Positions 50,294-56,960 of a stretch of 64,000 nucleotides of DNA are shown piece by piece. The notes under the pieces were generated by a model. It did no database searches and was not told where the DNA came from. It saw nothing but the letters and a program-made list of their open reading frames with translations. Source of the stretch: Mya arenaria (Eukaryota); assembly GCF_026914265.1 (NCBI RefSeq), contig NC_069133.1, forward strand, positions 48,609,355 through 48,673,354. The letters run 5' to 3'. The position numbers were made by a program, and so were the translations under genes. The first letter of the stretch is position 1. Each line of letters opens with the position of its first letter.

Positions 50294-50960
50294 GTAAATG
50301 ACTGGGTATTAGACGCACTTTTTTCCCTCAGATTTTGATGCAAAAAAATGCCTGCGTATAATACCCAGTAACAATTTTTTGAACTTTTTTTCTGAGGTCA
50401 ATTTCAAGCCGAGAGTTTGTTTAGATTTATGTAGAAAGGGATGTTACTCGCGTCATATTGATCGAGTATATACGGGTTAAAACGGCAGTTGAAGATCGGG
50501 ATACGGTATATCGTAAGACGTTTATAATTTCAACAAAAATATTTTTCGATTAAAGTTACCGTAATTCACCTAAGAGTTCGGACACTCTAAATATTTGGAC
50601 ACCCATAATTATTTCCCCAAATAATTTATTTTGCGTACCTAATTTTCGGGCACCCAAAGGACATCAATCATAACTTTCATAGTTACCAAGTTTCACAGAC
50701 GAAGATTATTGATTTTTATCTTTACAATGCCTGGCTAGATTACCTAACCGTTTAGTTACTACCCATCCTAAACGATTTATTGCCTGTTGAAAAGGAAGTG
50801 TGTAACTAATCCCTGAACTTGTTTCCAGGTTGGACATTTCTTCTGCCTCTCCCCTGTAACAGCCATGTGTCTGCTTGGACCTTACAAACACTGTCATCAT
50901 GTGCCACTGGCGTACGGGGATGAACTGGGAAATGTCAACATGCTCTTGTGGAGAACTTCA
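10315..50960 (+). CDS. TEP1: Span of a multi-exon gene (about 50 coding exons, about 2.6-2.7k aa) encoding a telomerase-associated protein 1 (TEP1)-like protein: S/T-rich TEP1_N-like N-terminus, TROVE module, vWA-like segment, DUF4062-like segment, NACHT NTPase, WD40 repeats
   Basis: Exons are listed below. Every junction has an AG acceptor and GT donor, and intron phases are consistent across all about 50 exons. Motifs readable in translation: [13 protein letters not shown] (TROVE-like), [17 protein letters not shown] and [14 protein letters not shown] (DUF4062-like), [11 protein letters not shown] (Walker A), [12 protein letters not shown] (Walker B), and multiple GH...WD/IKIWD WD40 units. 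Confidence 0.8.
10586..11512. mobile_element. MITE-like element copy 1 with about 20-bp terminal inverted repeats (AAAGCTGCATTCTCACAGAT … ATCTGTGAGAGTGCAGCTTT). It contains an internal 153-bp tandem repeat. Located in TEP1 intron 1
   Basis: Both termini are exact reverse complements. The about 300 bp at the right end is about 85% identical to copy 2 at 15340-15656. Confidence 0.6.
10701..11025. repeat. About 153-bp tandem repeat x about 2.2 inside MITE copy 1 (GGTTTCCGGACGAGAACTCATGAAAGGCTAGACAGATTTG…)
   Basis: Unit starts at 10701, 10854 and 10990. Confidence 0.8.
11642..11824 (+). CDS. TEP1: TEP1-like exon 2, S/T/L-rich ([30 protein letters not shown]...)
   Basis: tcttag acceptor and GTGAGT donor. 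Composition matches the TEP1 N-terminal repeat region. Phase is consistent with neighbours. Confidence 0.45.
11895..14400. mobile_element. About 2.5-kb structure bounded by about 130-bp inverted repeats (11895-12030 versus the reverse complement of 14265-14400) with further nested inverted repeats (12340-12430 versus 13535-13640; 13950-13995 versus 14147-14185; palindrome 13870-13930). Foldback-type or TIR DNA transposon candidate in a TEP1 intron
   Basis: Exact reverse-complement blocks, for example AGGGCTATTCCAGTTAAACATATGTCCCACCCCAGG versus CCTGGGGTGGGACATATGTTTTACTGGAATAGCCCT. There is no transposase ORF. Confidence 0.4.
14778..14911 (+). CDS. TEP1: TEP1-like exon 3, S/T-rich ([28 protein letters not shown]...)
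   Basis: atacag acceptor and GTACTG donor. Only phase 1 entry gives an open frame, and it ends in phase 0 to match exon 4. Confidence 0.5.
15296..15656. mobile_element. MITE-like element copy 2 (same TIR family, about 360 bp, no internal expansion), ending about 80 bp upstream of TEP1 exon 4
   Basis: TIRs AAAGCTGCACTCTCACAGAT … ATCTGTGAGAGTGCAGCTCT. The internal sequence is collinear with copy 1. Confidence 0.6.
15739..16239 (+). CDS. TEP1: TEP1-like exon 4, long S/T/G-rich low-complexity region plus KKKEKSRKK basic patch
   Basis: Open frame of 167 codons matching the supplied ORF 15721..16248. cttttcag acceptor and GTATTA donor. Confidence 0.7.
16771..16905 (+). CDS. TEP1: TEP1-like exon 5 ([45 protein letters not shown]), start of TROVE-like module
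   Basis: ttttcag acceptor and GTGAGT donor. 45 codons, phase 0-0. Confidence 0.8.
17315..17476 (+). CDS. TEP1: TEP1-like exon 6 ([36 protein letters not shown]...), TROVE-like
   Basis: ttttag acceptor and GTATGT donor. 54 codons. Confidence 0.8.
18113..18209 (+). CDS. TEP1: TEP1-like exon 7 ([32 protein letters not shown])
   Basis: tttcag acceptor and GTAAGC donor. Ends in phase 1. Confidence 0.7.
18536..18635 (+). CDS. TEP1: TEP1-like exon 8 ([33 protein letters not shown]), basic
   Basis: tttag acceptor and GTACTC donor. Phase 1 in, phase 2 out. Confidence 0.65.
19033..19219 (+). CDS. TEP1: TEP1-like exon 9 (RG-repeat then acidic [12 protein letters not shown] tract)
   Basis: atcaag acceptor and GTAGGT donor. 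In frame with the supplied ORF 18818..19261. Confidence 0.7.
19513..19640 (+). CDS. TEP1: TEP1-like exon 10 ([43 protein letters not shown])
   Basis: cttccag acceptor and GTAGGT donor. Confidence 0.75.
20602..20759 (+). CDS. TEP1: TEP1-like exon 11 ([52 protein letters not shown])
   Basis: attccag acceptor and GTAGGG donor. Matches the supplied ORF 20573..20836. Confidence 0.75.
21205..21314 (+). CDS. TEP1: TEP1-like exon 12 ([37 protein letters not shown]), TROVE-like
   Basis: tttgcag acceptor and GTAAGG donor. Confidence 0.8.
22223..22313 (+). CDS. TEP1: TEP1-like exon 13 ([30 protein letters not shown]), TROVE-like
   Basis: ctttcag acceptor and GTAAGT donor. Confidence 0.8.
22779..22923 (+). 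CDS. TEP1: TEP1-like exon 14 ([49 protein letters not shown]), Lys-rich linker
   Basis: ttcccag acceptor and GTGAGT donor. Phase 1 in, phase 2 out, consistent with both flanks. Confidence 0.6.
23833..24013 (+). CDS. TEP1: TEP1-like exon 15 (…[46 protein letters not shown]), vWA-like
   Basis: catttcag acceptor and GTAAGT donor. Confidence 0.8.
24371..24607 (+). CDS. TEP1: TEP1-like exon 16 ([27 protein letters not shown]...[10 protein letters not shown])
   Basis: tttttag acceptor and GTTGAT donor. 79 codons. Matches the supplied ORF 24371..24685. Confidence 0.8.
25272..25414 (+). CDS. TEP1: TEP1-like exon 17 ([48 protein letters not shown])
   Basis: atttcag acceptor and GTATGT donor. Confidence 0.75.
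26100..26171 (+). CDS. TEP1: TEP1-like exon 18 ([24 protein letters not shown])
   Basis: tttgcag acceptor and GTACCC donor. Phase 2-2. Confidence 0.7.
26521..26679 (+). CDS. TEP1: TEP1-like exon 19 ([53 protein letters not shown])
   Basis: tttaaag acceptor and GTATGG donor. Confidence 0.7.
27219..27395 (+). CDS. TEP1: TEP1-like exon 20 ([59 protein letters not shown]), DUF4062-like
   Basis: tcttcag acceptor and GTATGA donor. Matches the supplied ORF 27262..27453. Confidence 0.8.
27910..28158 (+). CDS. TEP1: TEP1-like exon 21 (…[38 protein letters not shown]…)
   Basis: accccag acceptor and GTAGGT donor. Matches the supplied ORF 27875..28162. Confidence 0.85.
28676..28789 (+). CDS. TEP1: TEP1-like exon 22 ([38 protein letters not shown])
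   Basis: ctttcag acceptor and GTAAGA donor. Confidence 0.75.
29135..29255 (+). CDS. TEP1: TEP1-like exon 23 ([41 protein letters not shown])
   Basis: aatttcag acceptor and GTATAA donor. Confidence 0.75.
29832..30014 (+). CDS. TEP1: TEP1-like exon 24, NACHT Walker A (…[37 protein letters not shown])
   Basis: tttttcag acceptor (the upstream catgcag acceptor would give an in-frame stop) and GTAAGT donor. The P-loop motif is clear. Confidence 0.85.
29920..30170 (+). repeat. About 95-bp tandem triplication. Copy 1 is the 3' end of the Walker A exon plus its GTAAGT donor. Copies 2 and 3 are intronic, and each retains GTAAGT
   Basis: …catctcactacctggaaaacctggaacagggaaaactgctttgctgGTAAGT / …catctcactacctgaaaaacctagaacagggaaaactccattgctgGTAAGT / partial third copy. 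Confidence 0.8.
30393..30568 (+). CDS. TEP1: TEP1-like exon 25 ([48 protein letters not shown]…)
   Basis: cttcacag acceptor and GTAAGC donor. Confidence 0.8.
30943..31090 (+). CDS. TEP1: TEP1-like exon 26, NACHT Walker B (…[30 protein letters not shown])
   Basis: ttttttcag acceptor and GTATAT donor. Confidence 0.85.
30990..31345 (+). repeat. About 120-bp tandem triplication. Copy 1 is the 3' end of the Walker B exon plus donor. Copies 2 and 3 are decayed intronic copies (GGATGGATTTGA/TAACATGGA…CCAAAAG GTATA…)
   Basis: Direct alignment by eye of three units. Confidence 0.75.
31501..31677 (+). CDS. TEP1: TEP1-like exon 27 ([44 protein letters not shown]…)
   Basis: tattttcag acceptor and GTTCGT donor. 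Matches the supplied ORF 31447..31686. Confidence 0.8.
32161..32253 (+). CDS. TEP1: TEP1-like exon 28 ([31 protein letters not shown])
   Basis: ccttttcag acceptor and GTAAGT donor. Confidence 0.75.
32902..33034 (+). CDS. TEP1: TEP1-like exon 29 ([45 protein letters not shown])
   Basis: caccag acceptor and GTAAGA donor. Confidence 0.75.
33700..33867 (+). CDS. TEP1: TEP1-like exon 30 (…[55 protein letters not shown])
   Basis: ctctttcag acceptor and GTAAAG donor. Confidence 0.75.
34719..34930 (+). CDS. TEP1: TEP1-like exon 31 (…[45 protein letters not shown])
   Basis: atattag acceptor and GTAAAT donor. Confidence 0.8.
35314..35534 (+). CDS. TEP1: TEP1-like exon 32 ([40 protein letters not shown]…)
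   Basis: gtgtttcag acceptor and GTAAAA donor. Matches the supplied ORF 35293..35538. Confidence 0.8.
35842..36022 (+). CDS. TEP1: TEP1-like exon 33 ([31 protein letters not shown]…[11 protein letters not shown])
   Basis: cttaatcag acceptor and GTATTA donor. Confidence 0.75.
36606..37082 (+). CDS. TEP1: TEP1-like exon 34, four WD40 units (…[11 protein letters not shown]…SIWDV…GHQRRVNSC…IKIWG…IKIWDV…)
   Basis: aaatag acceptor and GTAAGT donor. 159 codons. Matches the supplied ORF 36609..37139. Confidence 0.85.
37498..37617 (+). CDS. TEP1: TEP1-like exon 35 ([40 protein letters not shown]), WD40
   Basis: gctgtag acceptor and GTGAGT donor. Confidence 0.85.
38177..38423 (+). CDS. TEP1: TEP1-like exon 36 ([37 protein letters not shown]…), WD40
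   Basis: tattcag acceptor and GTGGGT donor. Matches the supplied ORF 38153..38452. Confidence 0.85.
39093..39348 (+). CDS. TEP1: TEP1-like exon 37 (…[57 protein letters not shown]…), WD40
   Basis: gtcacag acceptor and GTAAGT donor. Confidence 0.8.
39945..40065 (+). CDS. TEP1: TEP1-like exon 38 ([41 protein letters not shown]), WD40
   Basis: ttgttcag acceptor and GTATGT donor. Matches the supplied ORF 39904..40089. Confidence 0.75.
40683..40838 (+). CDS. TEP1: TEP1-like exon 39 ([52 protein letters not shown]), WD40
   Basis: ttttag acceptor and GTGAGT donor. Confidence 0.85.
41500..41628 (+). CDS. TEP1: TEP1-like exon 40 ([43 protein letters not shown]), WD40
   Basis: gttacag acceptor and GTAAGG donor. 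The donor was chosen to give phase 0 into the next exon. Confidence 0.8.
42231..42369 (+). CDS. TEP1: TEP1-like exon 41 ([46 protein letters not shown]-), WD40. The first AAG|GTGGGT donor is used
   Basis: tattacag acceptor. Only the first of the tandem GTGGGT donors gives the phase-1 exit needed by exon 42. Confidence 0.7.
42355..43150 (+). repeat. 36-bp tandem array x about 22 (GGTGGGTACATATCTGTGAAACTGGTAGAGGGCCAA). Unit 1 is the end of WD40 exon 41 plus its donor. Every unit carries AAG|GTGGGTAC
   Basis: Period of 36 bp, with the first unit 40 bp. Explains the supplied ORFs 42103..43128(-), 42621..43103(-) and 42928..43269(+). Confidence 0.9.
43444..43574 (+). CDS. TEP1: TEP1-like exon 42 ([44 protein letters not shown]), WD40
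   Basis: aattttag acceptor and GTGAGT donor. Matches the supplied ORF 43425..43658. Confidence 0.75.
43575..44110 (+). repeat. 151-bp tandem repeat x about 3.5, beginning exactly at the donor of exon 42. Each unit is a decayed copy of the exon 3' half plus GTGAGTAG
   Basis: GTGAGT recurs at 43575, 43726, 43877 and 44028. Units are …ctacatgtggtgataatggattggtgaaactttggtgcccattatgggtgacagGTGAGTAGGGAGCTGG…. Confidence 0.85.
44685..44887 (+). CDS. TEP1: TEP1-like exon 43 ([40 protein letters not shown]…), WD40
   Basis: ttttctag acceptor and GTGAGC donor. Confidence 0.85.
45347..45416 (+). CDS. TEP1: TEP1-like exon 44 ([24 protein letters not shown]), WD40
   Basis: atttcag acceptor and GTATTG donor. 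Confidence 0.8.
45925..46037 (+). CDS. TEP1: TEP1-like exon 45 ([37 protein letters not shown]), WD40
   Basis: gtttag acceptor and GTAATA donor. Confidence 0.8.
46480..46638 (+). CDS. TEP1: TEP1-like exon 46 ([53 protein letters not shown])
   Basis: ttattcag acceptor and GTGAGT donor. Confidence 0.75.
47384..47507 (+). CDS. TEP1: TEP1-like exon 47 ([42 protein letters not shown])
   Basis: tgtttcag acceptor and GTAAGC donor. Confidence 0.7.
47530..47680. repeat. About 48-bp tandem repeat x about 3 (…tctcagagacaaaagaaagtatatggtttttatggcata…) in a TEP1 intron
   Basis: Direct reading. Confidence 0.7.
48081..48254 (+). CDS. TEP1: TEP1-like exon 48 ([58 protein letters not shown])
   Basis: cttccag acceptor and GTAAGG donor. 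Matches the supplied ORF 48093..48296. Confidence 0.8.
48621..48734 (+). CDS. TEP1: TEP1-like exon 49 ([38 protein letters not shown]), WD40
   Basis: atgacag acceptor and GTAAGT donor (±1-2 bp). Confidence 0.8.
50243..50291. repeat. (TTA)16 microsatellite
   Basis: Direct reading. Confidence 0.9.
50829..50960 (+). CDS. TEP1: Putative terminal TEP1-like exon ([46 protein letters not shown]) with TAA stop
   Basis: gtttccag acceptor, phase-0 entry consistent with exon 49, open to a TAA stop. The assignment is speculative. Confidence 0.4.
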
Positions 50961-53900
50961 ATCAAATAATAGATGTCAGGGGGACTTTGTGACTAAGCCA
51001 AAGACAAGGGCCTGATTTCTCCAACAGTCTCAAACCTGTTACAGAGGCTGATCTGATCAATAACGAGATTCACTAAATCACATAGTTGTTTGTTGGGACA
51101 ACAACAGCCAAATATGTTCTCATTATAAATATTGTTGACACTTTACAAAACATGACACAAAAAATAATTATAACCAAGGAAATTTTGTTCAGATTGGTGA
51201 AATTGGGTTTAGACAAGGGTTGGGGGTTTTTCAGAAAAATTATTTAAAGCTTTAATCATGTTATATTTATAAGATTTAGCACGAAATAAGTGCCGTAGCA
51301 AAGAGAATATTGGACTTTTTTGTTAGGATGTCAATTTAAACTTAGAATTTATTTCACAGTAATATATGAAACGCCTTATTTTAAGCCCCGAAGTTTGGAT
51401 TCAGTGTGAAACTTGAAACCTGTTGATACCTATATATTTAGACAAAAAGAGAAAATCTCTTAACAGTGTGAAAATAATGTATGTAACTGGAAAACTGGAT
51501 GGATGTACAGCTTATAGACTTTGGAGACAAAATATGTGAAAAGTGTGTAGTATGCTTATTCTGTAATAATTATTATATATATTTATCTATTGAAATGAAC
51601 AAAAATAATTGTACATATATAGATGAATGTGAAGATTTCCAAAAAAACAATGTTAATGGTTTTGTGTATTAGAATAGAAGGAATTTCTAGTTTTGTAAGA
51701 GTTCTGTGTATTATGTATATTGGACGAGTGTATGACCGTTAGTATTGTATGATCAAGCAGTTTAGGTGGATACTTTAAAGAGTTGTCCAAAATTAGAAAA
51801 TATACTTGGTGCAATATGATAAGATCAATTTATTGTTTCAAAATATTTATCATTACAACCCAAAAATTAAAGGTTAGAAAAAACAATTGTACAATAGGAT
51901 CATTGATATTTGATGGTCAACTGATGTATATTATGTATAATGTATATAATAGTCACTGGTGTCGGAGTTCACATGAAGATTTAGATAGTTATTATGTGTT
52001 GTTATATTAGATTCATATCAGTTCTATGTTTATTTGACCTATGATCATTGACTTTTGAGATCAAAACATTCTTAGTTTATACATGTATACAAAGTTGTGG
52101 TAGGAAAATCCTGAAAATTCTGTGACAAATTCTCCACCAAGAATACTTCACTGTTAATATATATACTTTTTATTTTTCATTTACATTCATTAAAATATAT
52201 TTCTGAAAATCTGTTATATAGTATGTCGTGTGCTTTAATTGTTAGTGTATGAGTGCTTAGAGATGTCTGTTGAATATTTATTTTATTATATTTAATTGTG
52301 ATATTATTGTACGATTTTGGTTGATATTTTTTGAAAGATTGTGATATGTCAATTACCACGACTCCTAACTTTCTTCAAGTACCTCAATTCATATACTTTT
52401 AGTCTCAAAATTTTGTTTATATTTATTTTTTTATAATAATGTAAATCATGTAGTATAATTTCTGTGATTGTTGTGATTTACCTAAATTTTGCATTCTATT
52501 TTGTGTCTACTGCAAACATGGTAGATATAGGCATTTCATTGTTCAGTGGCATTCTGCTTCGGCGTCTTGACATTTTTAGAGTCTTGGTTTAGACATAATT
52601 TATTTCATGAAAATATACAAATGACAACAAATATTTCATTCTAAGTATTTAAAAATTTGATTAAAAACTAACAGCTTATTAAGAACATCTTGTTCTCTTT
52701 TTTTGGGTGTAAGCTTGTAATGTGCATTAGTCATGAGGTTATGGTGACTTTCACTGCATAAGGTGACATCTGATTTGCAAGGTTTCAAATACCGTATTTA
52801 TCACTTATGTGTGTTTTATATAACTTGTTTGTATTTTTCACATTGGTGATATCATTCATTCAATATGATACTATGATATGATCTATTAATCGATGGCGTA
52901 TTGTGATCTATTAATCCATGGCATTTGTTTATATATCAATTGATGGTGTATTTTTATCCATTAATCAACTGTAATATTGATATTGTGTATCTGAAATATA
53001 CATGCTCATAGCATCTTGTTGAGCTTATTATAGGGTACAAAGACAACAAAGGTTGATATTATATGAATTTAAATTTCTCTTTTTGAAAGAGAGAAGATAT
53101 TAAACTTATAAAGTAAAATTTAACATACTTGTAGAACTCTTTTCTATTTGTTTTTCGACAACGTTTTTCAACTACTCATTTACCATTTTTTCATTATGTA
53201 TCATTTCATATAATTTAATTTGCAGACTGCAGTTTTTGTTAGGTTAAATCAATATTTCCAATGATCAATTTAAAGCCTTAAATAACAGTTTTTTAGACTT
53301 TTGTAAATAGTCCACGGCCACTTCCGCGTTACTTCTAACCATTTTCTTTATGCTTTAGATTTCAAACAACTATAATAAATAATTATTATGTTTTTTAAGA
53401 CCAATTTTAGAAAGAAAACATTGAAAGATCTTTTTGATTTTATTCAATAAAGTGAAACACAGTTTACTAACTATATAAATTCTGCAACCATTAACTGTAT
53501 TTTCATTTTCGCTTTAAAATACTCTACTACATTGAGTTGATAGAAATGCTGATGAACCAGCTCACATGTTTGACATACTTATACTAATAATATAGAGCAT
53601 TTATTAATTACTATAAGCTTAACATTTATAAACGTTAATTAATAGAATCGTTTTCACTGTTACGTAAAAATAAAAAAAATTGTAATTTTTGTATTCGCAT
53701 ATCAAACAATATTGTAACAATTAAACTGAATTTCAATCATGAAGGAATGGTACATTTGTCTATTAATCATAATGAATTCAATTCATTGCTTAGTTTTGCC
53801 TGAAATTGACAATGTTTAAAGTATGTAGGAATAACCTGGCGTTATTGAGAAAAGATCCCGCTATCTTTGTTTATCAAAGCATAGGAACTTTTCTTTGACA

Positions 53901-54224
53901 TACTTAGCAAAGGTGCAATTAATGTCCTTGTTTAGTTATAGGTATATTATATTTTTTACCAACATTCTCTGTGATATGATCAATTAAACAATTGAAATTA
54001 ATTTGATTTTCTTTTTATACCATCTTTTTGTTCATCCACACTTTCATGTTCACTTGAACTTTAGTACCGATCAACTAAATTCAATGAACTTTGGTACAAA
54101 TATTCCCTTCAAGAAGATGATGTTTCTTATACAACACTCAGGCCTAAATTGTAACAATTTTAAACCTATGTTAACCACAGGAAGAAAAAATGTTGCATTC
54201 AAGCCATGAACTTGTCTGATGAAG

Positions 54225-54460
54225 CTCAAGATGTCAAATTTGCAAGTTCAAGGTCAAGCTTGTTGAAGGTCAAATTGTCCAAATTGTAGGTTTCAGGTCG
54301 TTGACAAAATTGCCGGTATAAGGTCTAGTTAAGAAATTGTAGGTTTCAGGACGTTGACAATATTGCCGGTTCAAATTATAGGTTTCAGGTCAAGTTGACA
54401 AAATTGTAGGTCCAAGATCAAGTTGGCAAACTTTTTGGTTCATGGTAAAGTTGTCCAAAT
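54225..54460. repeat. About 55-bp minisatellite x about 4 (AATTGTAGGTTTCAGGTCGTTGACAAAATTGCCGGT…)
   Basis: Direct reading. Intergenic, between the TEP1 and CDC23 3' ends. Confidence 0.7.
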
Positions 54461-55961
54461 TTAAATTGATGTCTGCTTTGTAGCTCTACCGTAATAGTTG
54501 TACCAGTACACCACATTCAATGTTACATTGTTCTTTGCACAGATCTTCACAACTGCCTAGTAGAATACTGGGGTCTGTAGGTCCAAGTAAAAATCTTTTG
54601 GGTTTATTTTGTTATAACAACCAATTTCACATCTGCTTTATAACTTCACATTATTGAATGACTGTTTCAGTGTGATTTGAGCAATGGTGATTACTTCAAA
54701 CTAAAAATGTCCCCATATAAAATAATGGAGCAAACGCCAATGCTTGTCAAGATTTTTCAAACGAACAAGAGCCATAACTAAATAATCATTAAAGCCACGA
54801 TTATGGGCCTTGCTGTTCAAGGGCTCATTGTCACCAGTTGAATATCTTGAAGCAGTTTTGACTTACACCCATGATTGTTTTCCAGCTATGAAGAACTGAA
54901 GCCATCGCAGCTATTTCGAAACCCCGACTTTATCTTCGAAAACAGATGAGCCCATAAACATCTGGTTTCTGATCAAGTGTTTAAAGTAGACACAAAAGTT
55001 ACACAAGCAGAAGCCAATTAACGCTCATCTTTTTTCTTAGTCATAACAGTGGCATTTCCCAACATATATTTTTACCAGAGTTATACACTTGCTACAAGTA
55101 TATAGCCATTTTGAAATGTGCAACTAGTCTTAAAGTGTGCACAGAGATCAATATCTATGATGGCGGAAACAGTAGCTCTTCTGTCTCAGCAAATGTAGGA
55201 ATACATGTTTGTGTAAATCTCGACCAAGACAACTAACACATTTACAATTTTATTTATGCGATAACAATTTAACATCAGTTTTAAATGCGCAATGGATGAG
55301 ATTCCTATGGCCTTACCATTAATACTCTATTAAAGTATTAAACAAAACAGTTAGCCATCACTAGTCATTATGTGACAAGCAATTACACACAAATCCCTGG
55401 CCATGAGTAATTGACATTCCTCTTGATTGTTGGCCGGGGTCCATAGTCAGTAGATTAATATTATTACAATATGGTCTTGTTTTACCAACTCAAGGGCGAA
55501 ACTTCATGACTGATGTAGCAATCTTACTGGTTATCACACAGTTCAGTAACAATCAGACTTGAATCAGCATCAGTTACAGTACAAGAGACCAGCTAAGGAA
55601 GTGAATTTCATACATGCACCTCTCGACTCTTCCCAAAATGAAAATAGATCACAAATAAGCTTCACCCAACAAGCAAAGTTTTCTATTGGTCTGGGCCCAT
55701 TAGTCTCAAAGCAACGCTCTTGACAATTTAAACTTAGTGTAAATTGCCAATTATTAAACAAAGAATAATTTACATCCTTTCTACTTCAATTAGACTTTTA
55801 GTATATAACCATTTACAGTTTTCATCAATAAAGTATTTGTTACATGTCCAATAATCAAGAAGAAATAGACATTCTGACCCAGTTTCCTGAAGGTAAGGTT
55901 AAAAATGCTATCGCTAACAAGATTTTTCATGTCATAATCTTTGAACTAAAGATTTTTACAT

Positions 55962-56153
55962 TGTTCAAGGTGTGTTAAACCTAAGATTCATGACAGTAGG
56001 AAAGTTGAGTGGTGTGTTGTTATGTGTCTGGAAGGAGTCATTGTTTGTAATCGACCCGTATGTATCGTCCATATTTGTATCTTGTCTCATCGCTGGTTTC
56101 TCCCCTCGTAGATGCTGAATCTGCTTTAAGATGGCTTTGGCTTCTTCCCGTGT
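55962..56153 (-). CDS. CDC23: Last coding exon of the CDC23/APC8-like gene (TREEAKAILKQIQHLRGEKPAMRQDTNMDDTYGSITNNDSFQTHNNTPLNFPTVMNLRFNTP*)
   Basis: Minus-strand ccttttcag acceptor. Open to the stop, within the supplied ORF 55965..56177(-). Confidence 0.55.
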
Positions 56154-56207
56154 CTGAAAAGGTAATGAATAAATCATAAGGCTAAAAAAGATACAATATC
56201 ATAAACA

Positions 56208-56520
56208 AGCTCTTGATGTAACATTGGTAGCCCTTAATGTAACATTGGTAGCTCTTGCTAGCTCTTGAAGTAACATTTCTAGCTCTTGATGTAACATTTC
56301 TAGCTCTTGATGTAACATTGCTAGCTCTTGATGTAACATTTCTAGCTCTTGATGTAACATTTCTAGCTCTTGATGTAACATTTCTAGCTCTTGAAGTAAC
56401 ATTTCTAGCTCTTGATGTAACATTTCTAGCTCTTGATGTAACATTTCTAGCTCTTGATGTAACATTTCTAGCTCTTGATGTAACATTGCTAGCTCTTAGT
56501 GCAACATTGTTTGCTATTTA
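56208..56520. repeat. 21-bp tandem repeat x about 14 (TAGCTCTTGATGTAACATTTC) in the last intron of the CDC23-like gene
   Basis: Direct reading. Explains the supplied ORFs 56199..56486(-) and 56255..56644(+). Confidence 0.9.
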
Positions 56521-56834
56521 TACATCATTGATAGCTCTTGATAAAACATTGCTAACTAATTTTGCTATCTATACAGGGCTTGATCATTGCAAGTTCTTAT
56601 TGTGCTTGTTTAATGGTCACTACTTTGTATTATTTACCACCTAAAATCAATCTTTCCAAGTTGAGAAAAACAAACAGCTATAATGTAAATCATTGTAAAG
56701 TATCATTATTCTTCAGATACATACATTTTCATTGCTAATTTTGCTGACAAAAAGCTTGTATCAAATTCTTTAATATGTGTTATGGATTTCTCTATTTATA
56801 ACATTTAAAATGTATGATATAGATAATGAAATAC

Positions 56835-56960
56835 CTCTGTGAACTCAAGACAAGTCTGAGCGGCTTGATAAGCAGCATCCAACATGTTGTTTCTCAGATA
56901 ATAGTTGGCGAGATACTTGTACGCTTCACTCTGGCCCTCGTAACTCTGTGACTTTCCAGG
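56835..56960 (-). CDS. CDC23: Penultimate coding exon of a CDC23/APC8-like TPR protein (PGKSQSYEGQSEAYKYLANYYLRNNMLDAAYQAAQTCLEFTE)
   Basis: Minus-strand ctacag acceptor and GTATTT donor, phase 0 into the last exon. The pattern E.Y..LANYY…LD.A…AQ.CLEF.ETREEAKAILKQI matches my recollection of the CDC23 C-terminus (…FLANH…LEEAE.YCTRLLDY…EKETAKSLLREI). Confidence 0.55.
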
